From: Lytechinus pictus
Taxonomy: Eukaryota
Assembly (NCBI RefSeq): GCF_037042905.1
Contig: NC_087245.1
Span: 23,004,001-23,068,000 of the forward strand
Length of the DNA stretch: 64,000 bases
Reading direction: 5' to 3'
Below, piece after piece: positions 26,002 to 38,000 of this stretch. Position numbers and translations under genes: made by a program. The notes under the pieces are model-generated. The model saw only the letters and a program-made list of their open reading frames with translations, was not told where the DNA came from and ran no database searches. Positions within the stretch are counted from its first letter, which is position 1, and each line of letters starts with the position of its first letter.

Positions 26002-29000
26002 GTCTCTATCTATTTATCAGTCTTCTATATCTATCTTTCGGCATCTAAGTGTATCCCAAGTGTATCAATCCATCAAACTTCAATTTTCTTTCTATTATAT
26101 GTATCTGTTTATTTTTATTTTGTCCGAGTGTCATTCTATTCATTTAGTTAATATTTTATATTTAGAAAAAAAAAAATTTGCATAACTTTTCATTAAAAAA
26201 ACGGAACTGCAAAAGCATGTTCGGATTTCACTTATATGACTGCTCTCTGTACATGAAGTGCCGAGGAACTCTATGCTCTGATCAGTAACTGTGCAGATTG
26301 CATGCGGTGGTGTGGGACTCGCCTGTGTCGCACGCTGCAACCAGCGACGTGTGTAGACTCTTCACTAGTCGCTTTGTGGCTATTTTGCGGAAAATGCCTT
26401 CGCCAGGGTGTAAAACGGAAACGCGCCCCCGGGCCGCTGGCGAAATTATTTTTCCCACCGCAGTTCCGGACCCCAATATGAATATTCATGACTTGCATCT
26501 TCGGAATAAGAGTACGCATGCGCATGCGGTTTTGGACAAAAAATTAAGCGTGTTCGTTCCCCGTTCGTTCGTTGCCACCACTGAAAGATCAGTGGTTGCC
26601 ACGATAGCCTCTTGTCGAGGCCCTTGCGGCTGCTTCCCGAGCGAAGCGAGTGATTTCCTAATTCGCAAAGCGAATTAGGCGAGTGGCGCGAGCCAGGCTG
26701 GGCCTCTTGACATCGATCTGAGCTGAATTATATATTCATGAGGAACGTCTTCCTAATGAATATACATGAGTCAAGATATTACCGGTCACCTAGTAAACCA
26801 ATGAAAAGTCAAAGCTGTTTCGTCCGGGATTCGGAATACTATAGTAGTCCACTATTCTGCAGGGGATTCATTTAATTGCGGGACACTAAAAGGGATATAA
26901 CCAGCAAAATGCTACAAGTAGTGGTTCTACTACTACTACTACTACTAGTACTGGCCGTAACAGAACCATCACGGCCCCGAAACTTCCAGGGAGATACTGG
27001 TCAGCCGCTGGTCAGACTCGAGTCAAGGGGAAGCAACTCCACTCCAGCATTCCCTCACTGCAAAGTGGAGATCGATATTCGACGCATAGTGGAATCGCAT
27101 GAAATATTAAATTTTTTCCATATCCTTTGGGTATAGATTTACAAAAACATCTCGTCCTTTCAGTGCAGATTTAATTTCATCCACTTGCAAATCCTTAAAT
27201 CGGTAAATATTCAGCATTTTAGAGGCATATTCAATGCTCTTTGATATTTCGTCGTCACTCTTCGCAAAGAATCCACGGGTCGCCATTCAAGATGAGCTCA
27301 TGAATATTCAATATGACGTCATAGCAGTCCGCGCTCTCATTGGATGATTTTCACCGACCAGTTTTTGGTCGGAATATTGGTAAAAACAATAAAAAACAAA
27401 ATAAAGTCGGTGAAATTCGGCTCAGATGTCAAGAGGCTATTGCCACGAATGAATCAGCACCCTCAAATTACCGGTACCCTTACGTACATAGGCCTTTTTA
27501 GATCTATATCTCGGTAGCGTAAGCAGGGGGGGGGGGGGTGTTACAGGTTTTGAAACCCCCTGAAATATTTTTCTACCCAACTCCCCCCTAAGAATTCACC
27601 CCCTAAAAAAGTTGAAGACCTTTTTTTGCTTGTCAACACTAATGACGTTAATTTTTGCCTAACATCATGGACGTTAGAATACGTTCCATGCATGGGCGGA
27701 GATCTGCCCCCAAAGGTAGGGAGACCAAGGGCTGGAAAATTTGACAAGCAAAAAAAGGTTATCATCCAAAATAGAAGGTCATTTTAACCCCCCAATAATT
27801 GACATGAAAAAAAAAGGGTTTCACCCAAAGTGTAAGGTCATTTAGTTCAAAATACATGTATTATTTCGATTGTGAATGACGGTGTATTTTTCTCCACCAT
27901 AAAATATTAGGGGACATTTGATATTGTGTCCCCCTACTATTTTTGGAAGAGGGGACGCGTCCCCCTGGGATTTCCGCCCATAATTCCATGCTGATATAGT
28001 GACGATCAGAGTCTATCAAGATCTAGACTTGACTAGATCTAAAATAATTTAATTAGATCTAGGACTAGTTCGATGTACGGACTAGACCTATTGAACCACG
28101 GCTACCAAGCTCATCGGTCTAACGTAAGTAAACGTAAAGTTCAGAATTAACCAGTTCTATGTTAACCATGGCATTAGTCGGCATGCATTAGACAAGTCCA
28201 GATTTGAGATAAAATTAATTGTATTGTCATTAATCATGTTAATGGCAATTTGATAAGTGTTTAGGAATCGGATATAGATCTTAGCCAGCCCTGGTACAGG
28301 TAATTTGAGGGTGCTGATCCATTCGTGGCAACGTTCACGAAAAGCTAACGACGCTACCACAATTAATTTAGTCCATACCATCGAATGCCGACTTGTGCCG
28401 ACAGCCTACTCAACATTATAAGTAACATTTTCATAAACAAGGTGACAGCGCCAATTTACATTCCCCATCGTGTCAAATATTCTGCACACTTGTGACTTTA
28501 CACAATCTGTTTTACCCAACAACAACCATGTTCCCTTTTTACCCAACATAAATACATTTTCTTTTATTTTCCCCATTGTGTCAAATCTTCTGCACAATTG
28601 GTCGAGTAAAATACTGCACATTTATTGGTAAATATTTGACACAACCTGTCCTGAGTAAAGTTTTAATCCAATGGCAACCATGTTCCCTTTTTACGTAGGT
28701 AAAGGGTACAATTTTTACTCAATATTGAGTAATTATTCTTTAGAGTGTATATTTTTCTGATAGACGAGTTGAGGCATGGATCTATAATGATATATCCCCC
28801 GCATAAAGGAAATCACTTTATTTTTTAAAAAAGAATATTGAGCAACCAAGCCTGTCATGGGGGCGCTTTTGCATTTTTCTAAAGCGAATCTAAGCATTTC
28901 GAGCAAACTTTTGTTGAATTTAGCATTTTTTTTCAGAAATAACTATGAGTTTCAAAGTTTCGGGAGGGGGATTAGGGTCACTATTATGGTATTCATAAAA

Positions 29001-32000
29001 AACGACTTCCAAGGCGAAAATCGAATAATCAGTCTTTAGATAGGGAGAATAAAAGTGAAAGTACATGCTTGAATTCTGTTTAGACCAGTTTTTACTTGTT
29101 GGCATAGGGGATGATAGAACATGTAGAAGAGCGCCTACTAGTATTGTATATGCGAATTATTTCTGTCAGTAATAACAATCATTCCCTCTCTGTTTTAACC
29201 CTTTTGATTTACCAGAATGCACGTGTCCATGCAGAGAACGTAAGTATACAATAAATTAATACACCATGTTTTGAGTCACTTGAAAACCCTAAGAAAATTG
29301 TTCGGGCTTGGAGCCTTATATCCATGAATAACTAAGAGTTTGGGAGTTCTACGGTATTATTTTTCTACCTTCTTATTCATTAGGCGTTAGAATGGCCACC
29401 TTAAAATTTAAAATGACCTTTGACTTTCGTGGCCATATGAACCTTGAAAGAAACCTAACTGAATTTTAAGTTTTTGACTGCATTAAAATTAGGCATTTTG
29501 AGGACAAACGGATATAGGTCTTCCAACCCCATCATGATATGAAAAGTCTCATCAGCTTTTGGTGTGGTCCTTTGTTGATTGGAAATTGTCTTTGAGTGTT
29601 TTAAAATTCAAAACCATTTGAGAATTAGCAAACAATTTGGTGAATCTCATTCCACTACAGGCACATTGGTTTCCCACTTGATCTCTATTGGTGACATGGC
29701 AGGCGCAAATGTATTCGAGGAGGACGACCTTCCTTCATCACCGTTTACATTGGACATGGAATACAGCTGTAAGACAAAACCAAATTTGGTCCTACTCTTG
29801 TGCAACGGTGAAATTTCATCATTAGAAGAAGCGGATGAGGCTGCTAACTGCTACAAAGCAGGTAATTTTTTATTTGTTATCCATTATATATATATATATA
29901 TATATTGTTTATTTCTTTATTTTATCTTATTTTTTATTCTTAATATTTACTTATAAAAGGGGGCCTTCACCCTACAAGCTCTGATTTTTAGTAGGTCTCC
30001 TTCCCTTTTGGTATCATGGTATTATTGTATTACAAAAAATGATTTAAATTTTATATTTTGTAAATATGTATATTGAACTATATCATTGTACATGTAAAGA
30101 TTGAAAGAGAAAACAAATGAATTGAATTGGATGAGATGTGGAGCAGCGTTTTCAAAGTCATTATATTTATATTTTTTTCAGAAATGCGGTTAAAGGACAA
30201 GTTCACCCCAACAAAATGTTGGTTCGAATTTGAAAAGAGAAAAATCCAACAAGCATGACACTAATAATTTCATTAAAATCCGATGTAAAATAAGAAAGTT
30301 ATTACATTTTTAAGTTTCGCATAATTTCACAAAATAGTTTTATGCACATCCCGGTTGGTATGCAAATGAGGAAACTGATAACTTTATTCACTCACTATTT
30401 ATTTTGTATTTTATTATATGAAAGGTGAAATAATCTTAATTTCTCCTCATTATCCTGTGAAACAAAGTTTTATTTCTTTCTGAACATGTGGAATTACCAT
30501 TAACATTTTATTGTTCAGTCAAGTCGATCCTTACTGTCAAATCTGTCAAACTTGAAATATTGTATAATTCTAGCAATAAAAAACAAAAGAAGTAGTGAGT
30601 GAGGGACATCATCGATTTTCTCATTTGCATGTGACTAAATTATGCATGTAACTTTTTTGTCAAAAATAAGCGAAACTTTAAAATGTCATAACTTTCTTAT
30701 TTTACATCGGATTTTGATGAAATTTTCAGCATCATGCTTGTCTGATTTTTCTCTATTGATTCAGCCCAAAACATATTTTTGACCTACCTCCCTCTCTTAC
30801 ATTTAAGTAGACAACAGTGGAACTAATATTACATGGAATGCAAGTCTCTTTTCTAAATTATTTTATCAGCTCATCGAAATTAATTTCATATTAATTCATA
30901 AATGCTAACGGCGCGATCCTTTTAAACGTAAACCAAACTATTTTGGGGGCGATGTTTTCAACAATAAAAACAATTTTTTTTTCTAAATAAGTTAATGGTG
31001 TGGTCGTATACAATACAGTGCTCCTGATCATTTTTGTAATAAATGATTTTTAAGTTTGCTTTGAAATTACATTTAACCGCTCTTCTTTTTCTTTTGCGCC
31101 AGATATTTTGCCGGAACTACAAATCACGCGTTCGAAGCATGAATGTGGCACATCATCAGGGCCGAGTAGAACCGAATCCGGCAAATCGGGAACTGTCACA
31201 CTCCAGACAAAGACGGATGGAGTACAGTCTTTCAGAATCGAGCATATCCAACAAAGCAGGAGCATTGAGATCACTGGTGATGAGCTTGACCTCCAACTTC
31301 TGAAGAGTTTACGTATCTTCATCCACCATGGAGAGCAGTGTAACATTAGGATCACTGCTCGTAAGTACCAATTAGACCCCTTATCTGCATACAAACTAAA
31401 CAATATTAAAAACAAAAACAGTCTGTCAAAATGAAAAGTGGTTAATAATTATATTCTATTGGATGGCTCAGAATGTTCGGGAAATATTCCACGAATCGCA
31501 GATGAGTGGAATATTGGCCCTAACGAGTGGAATATTTCTGGTATTTCATGAAATAAAGCCATCCAATATATGTCAGATCACTTATCATACTATGCAATCA
31601 TCACTCCATTTAGGATCAGTTTTGTCCGTCGATATGCGACTTGCATGTAGCTCATTATGACGTCATCAAGCGTAATTGTGCTCTATGATGCGCATCGCAT
31701 TACTTTCATTGTTGTACGCGTTGTATATTTCACGCATTCGCGCATGCGCATTAAACTGTTGAATATGCTCTCATATTCAATAGCAAATTTTGTACAGGAG
31801 CCTATGGGATAGTATTCGTCGGATTTCGGTCCCTTTTAGGGATATGCTCTGATACTGCACGGGCAATTGATGCTGACCGAAATACGCGTTTTTAATGCAT
31901 CGCTAGAACACTCTATGGATGATTATTACCTATACAAGGCATTTTAGGAGATAAATACAAGTCATATTTCGCTTGCTACTTTCAATCCGAGACCAACGAT

Positions 32001-35000
32001 TTAAACATTTGCCATGTTGCCCTCCCCGGTCTTCGCCCATAGAAATCCTGTACAAAATAGAGGGCAATATTGGCCATACCTGCTAGTGCGCTTGCGCAGT
32101 AGGAGCCGTAGGTCGTGAATAACCTGAAATCGGAAGTAGTGATAAGCAAACAGGCATATAAATTGTTCCAAACAGTAGCTTGAATTACACATTGTACAGC
32201 CTTGGGTAATAATAATAATATTGACTGGCTCTTCTTACGGGAAACATCAAATATGTCGCCCTTAAAAGAACCATATTGCCCTTGTCTAACGAATCGGGCC
32301 AATATGATTCTGTTGCGGACGACATATTTGATGTCCCCCTCAAGGCCAGTCAATATTATATATTATTACCTATACAAGGCATTTTAGCAGATGAATAAAT
32401 GTCATATTTTGCTCGCTACTTTCGATCCGAGACCAACGAGGTAAACATTTGCCATGTTGCCCTCCCCGGGCTTTGCCCATAGGAATCCTGTACAAAACAG
32501 AGGGCAATATTTGCCATATTTCTAGTGCGCTTGCGCAGGAGCCGATTTTGAACGCTAGTTTCAATATTTGAGAAATCTGGTTGGAACCAATTTATGAACA
32601 AACGCATTGTAGATAATGCGCGGCGCGGCCAGTGCATACACAAACGTAACCCAAGCGCAAGATTTCTACGCGTTGAGTGTATGTGCGCGCCCTGCGCGAC
32701 TGCAATGTAACAATTTCGTCACAATTGCTTGCTAAGGGTCCCTTCGCTAAGGTCGTGAATAATCTGAAATCAGAAAGAGTGATGAGCAAACAGGCACATA
32801 AATTGTTCCAAATAGTAGCTTGAATTACACATTATACAGCCTTAGGTAATAATAATATTGACTGGCTCTTCTTTCGGGACACATCAAATATGTCGCCCTT
32901 AAAAGAACCATATTGCCCTCGTCTAAAGACTCGGGCCAATATGATTCTGTTGCGGACGATATATTTGATGTTCCCCTCAAGGCCAGTCAATATTATATAA
33001 ATAATTGCCTATATTTTTATTTAGACAAGGTGATTTTTTTTGTCCTCCACAAAATGATTTGCACGCCATGAACTAGGGTAACAACCCGTTATCAAAGCCG
33101 GTCCCTTGAAAATAGGTTCAGGGGCCGCGGATGATAAGAGTAGTGTGACGATAAACATGATCGATGTATCTTTTAAAAGTGGCCCTTTTAATGATCATGA
33201 TATTGTATTTATATTAAGGGACGTAAACAATTTTTTGTTTGTTTGTTCTTAGAAAAATTGACCGAATTGTCGAATCTATTAACCGACTCTGAGAAGGTGG
33301 ATGAGTCCCCGAATGACAAAGATAACGTAGGCGATACAGATGTGGTGGGCGCGCCGCCCTCGAGAGATGATACAATTCTCTCAACTGAAAACGATTCAAC
33401 AGAGAATGAGGAAAGTACAGGAGCAGAAAACGAAGAACCCGTCGATGAGTCATTAGAAAGTGATGAGGATAATGGTGCAGAACCAGCTGGAGAAGAAACG
33501 GGAGAGGATGAGGATACTGAAAGCAACGAAACAGATGAAGAGTCCCCGAATGGAGAAGATAGTGTAGGCGATACAGATGTGGCGGGCGCACCGCCCTCGA
33601 GAAATGATACAATTCTCTCATCTGAAAGCGATTCAACAGAGAATGAGGAAAGTACAGGAGAAGGAAACGAAGAACCCGTCGATGAGTCATTAGAAAGTGC
33701 TGAGAATAATGGTGCAGAACCAGCTGGAGAAGAAACGGAAGAGGATACTGAAAGCAACGAAACAGATGAACAGTCCCCGAATGGAAAAGATAGTGTAGGC
33801 GATACAGATGTGGCGGGCGCACCGCCCTCGAGAAATGATACAATTCTCTCAACTGAAAGCGATTCAACAGAGAATGAGGAAAGTACAGGAGCAGAAAACG
33901 AAGAACCCGTCGATGAGTCATTAGAAAGTGCTGAGGATAATAGTGCAGAACCAGCTGGAGAAGCACCGGGAGAGGAAGAGGATACTGAAAGTAACGAAAC
34001 AGATGAAGAGTCCCAGAATGGAGAAGATAGTGTAGGCGATACAGATGTGGCGGGCGCACCGCCCTCGAGAAATGATACAATTCTCTCATCTGAAAGCGAT
34101 TCAACAGAGAATGAGGAAAGTACAGGAGAAGGAAACGAAGAACCCGTCGATGAGTCATTAGAAAGTGCTGAGAATAATGGTGCAGAACCAGCTGGAGAAG
34201 AAACGGAAGAGGATACTGAAAGCAACGAAACAGATGAAGAGTCCCCGAATGGAAAAGATAGTGTAGGCGATACAGATGTGGCGGGCGCACCGCCCTCGAG
34301 AAATGATACAATTCTCTCAACTGAAAGCGATTCAACAGAGAATGAGGAAAGTACAGGAGCAGAAAACGAAGAACCCGTCGATGAGTCATTAGAAAGTGCT
34401 GAGGATAATAGTGCAGAACCAGCTGGAGAAGCACCGGGAGAGGAAGAGGATACTGAAAGTAACGAAACAGATGAAGAGTCCCAGAATGGAGAAGATAGTG
34501 TAGGCGATACAGATGTGGCGGGCGCACCGCCCTCGAGAAATGATACAGTTCTCTCAACTGAAAGCGATTCAACAGAGAATGAGGAAAGTACAGGAGAAGG
34601 AAACGAAGAACCCGTCGATGAGTCATTAGAAAGTGCTGAGAATAATGGTGCAGAACCAGCTGGAGAAGCACCGGGAGAGGAAGAGGATACTGAAAGTAAC
34701 GAAACAGATGAAGAGTCCCAGAGTGGAGAAGATAGTGTAGGCGATACAGATGTGGCGGGCGCACCGCCCTCGAGAAATGATACAGTTCTCTCAACTGAAA
34801 GCGATTCAACAGAGAATGAGGAAAGTACAGGAGAAGGAAACGAAGAAACCGTCGATGAGTCATTAGAAAGTGCTGAGGATAATAGTGCAGAACCAGCTGG
34901 AGAAGCACCGGGAGAGGAAGAGGATACTGAAAGTAACGAAACAGATGAAGATTCCCAGAATGGAGAAGATAGTGTAGGCGATACAGATGTGGCGGGCGCA

Positions 35001-38000
35001 CCGCCCTCGAGAAATGATACAATTCTCTCAACTGAAAGCGATTCAACAGAGAATGAGGAAAGTACAGGAGCAGAAAACGAAGAACCCGTCGATGAGTCAT
35101 TAGAAAGTGCTGAGGATAATAGTGCAGAACCAGCTGGAGAAGCACCGGGAGAGGAAGAGGATACTGAAAGTAACGAAACAGATGAAGAGTCCCAGAATGG
35201 AGAAGATAGTGTAGGCGATACAGATGTGGCGGGCGCACCGCCCTCGAGAAATGATACAGTTCTCTCAACTGAAAGCGATTCAACAGAGAATGAGGAAAGT
35301 ACAGGAGAAGGAAACGAAGAACCCGTCGATGAGTCATTAGAAAGTGCTGAGAATAATGGTGCAGAACCAGCTGGAGAAGCAACGGAAGAGGATACTGAAA
35401 GCAACGAAACAGATGAAGAGTCCCCGAATGGAGAAGATAGTGTAGGCGATACAGATGTGGCGGGCGCACCGCCCTCGAGAAATGATACAATTCTCTCAAC
35501 TGAAAGCGATTCAACAGAGAATGAGGAAAGTACAGGAGCAGGAAACGAAGAACCCGTCGATGAGTCATTAGAAAGTGCTGAGGATAATAGTGCAGAACCA
35601 GCTGGAGAAGCACCGGGAGAGGAAGAGGATACTGAAAGTAACGAAACAGATGAAGAGTCCCAGAATGGAGAAGATAGTGTAGGCGATACAGATGTGGCGG
35701 GCGCACCGCCCTCGAGAAATGATACAGTTCTCTCAACTGAAAGCGATTCAACAGAGAATGAGGAAAGTACAGGAGAAGGAAACGAAGAACCCGTCGATGA
35801 GTCATTAGAAAGTGCTGAGAATAATGGTGCAGAACCAGCTGGAGAAGCAACGGAAGAGGATACTGAAAGCAACGAAACAGATGAAGAGTCCCCGAATGGA
35901 GAAGATAGTGTAGGCGATACAGATGTGGCGGGCGCACCGCCCTCGAGAAATGATACAATTCTCTCAACTGAAAGCGATTCAACAGAGAATGAGGAAAGTA
36001 CAGGAGCAGGAAACGAAGAACCCGTCGATGAGTCATTAGAAAGTGCTGAGGATAATAGTGCAGAACCAGCTGGAGAAGCACCGGGAGAGGAAGTAAAAAG
36101 TAATACGGGATCAGAAGATGAGACAGTTGATGAACAAACAAGCACATATGACAGGCCACCAGAGGATTCCACGAATGGAGAAGATAATGTAGGCGATACA
36201 GATGTGGTGGGCGCGCCGCCGTCGAGGGACAATGGAGTTGCCACAGAAGGTAAATTCCCCTTCTTCTTAGTCACTTTTCTCTGTACTCCTTTTCACCTTT
36301 TAATGCGAATGTGCTTTCCAATAGGAATTTACATCTACTGGTGAACGGACGCTGTTGTTTTATCATAATATATTATATGTTTGTTTATAGTGATACTTTA
36401 GTATTAAATGAAGTTTATATTTTCATTTCAGATTTGCTAAGAAATGATTATTATATGAACAGATATCTAGCTGTTTTTACCATCCATAAAGGGTATAAAA
36501 ATCCATGTGCATTATGGCTTTTTGAATCGCCAGTGTTGTCGTTAATCACCAATTCGCCATATATGAAATTTGATGTTTAAAGTTTTAGTCATTTCTTTTT
36601 TAAAACACTTCGTCGCGACAAGGCATACCATTATCATCCCCTTCATATCACAAAATAACCCTGACGTTATTCATTAATATCATTATCATTAATATCCACT
36701 TAAGATTACTCGCTTGAAATCGATGCGAACGATGCAAACATACCTATCTACTTCGTCGCGACAAGGCATACCATTATCATCCCCTTCATATCACAAAATA
36801 ACCCTGACGTTATTCATTAATATCATTATTATTAATATCCATTTAAGATTACTCGCTTGAAATCGATGCGAACGGTGCAAACATACCTATCTACGAGGCC
36901 GATAGTAGCTCGGACTTCGACTTAAACTTGGTATGTTCTAATGAAGAGAATATAAACGGCCTTATATTCTACCTCCTATCTAACCCATCAGGACAGGGTT
37001 ACAGCGTAAGTAAGTAGTAATTATTAACATCCTAACAAATTCGCAAAAAAGATGTGTAAAACATTTGATTTTGTCGCAGGGCAACTTTGAATGAAAATAA
37101 TGGATAAAGCGGGATTTATTGCATGATAGCAATGTTAAATCTTAGGGTAACTCTATCCCCAATACAAACATTGTGTATCTCGGTAATTGTTTAGCCAGTC
37201 ACATCAAGGGGTTGGTGAATGAAAAGTGGGAGAATATTATAAGTTTGTAAGTATTCTGAATACTCAATAATATACTGTACAATGATCACGAACTATGGTT
37301 TGATGTACCTCTCCTTTTCTACTCCAATATCATTCAGTTTTCTTGCACTCGTCCATTGTAAAAGGGTGAATAGGCAGTTTGTAACATACAAGTAAAATGA
37401 TTCACAGTTCATGACACTCTTACTCCTTATCTGCAAATAAAAAAACACCTGATCAACAGTTTAATTGACATGAGAACATTTCTATCATTATAGGATTCCG
37501 CGCACAGGGCCTAGATGTTACACCTCCCGATGGCTCAAGTATATCATATACATACGCCATCAGCGAAGTTCCTTCTGATGCTGCGCTGCAGTTTTCGGTG
37601 GAAGGCAATCAACTCTTTATTCGTATCAGGCTGGGCGAGAGTTACACAAACCTGATTGAAACTGGGCTGACGATTGAACGCTCCACAGTCAGATTCATAT
37701 GCGTTGGTGCCACTCGTGTGTTCCGAATACGTCATTACTGTGGCAGTCTGCAATGGATATCTCGTGAGTTATAGACACTTTGTCATATGTACGTTTTTCT
37801 TTCCTTTTTTGTGTGTACAAAACTGCTCGCAAAGATTGAAAGAGGCTTGACAAGGTTTATGTGTCATGTCATGAAGTATTTCTTTCATGACTTATTTTGT
37901 ATTCTCCATAAAACGTATGATTCTGTCGAACGTGTACACTTAGCTTTAATTTTGGTTGGAATAACAGCAAACCCATTCCCTTTAAAACCATGTTTGAAGC

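Noticed and set aside
24471..26185. Hydrophobic YLSI-repeat ORFs
   Set aside because: These are translations of TCTA/TA microsatellite.
33209..36274. Two ~1,000-codon antisense ORFs (1021 aa and 981 aa) over the repeat exon
   Set aside because: One repeat unit lacking stops in those frames is simply multiplied. The ORFs end at the repeat edges, and only the plus frame has matching splice sites and phase.
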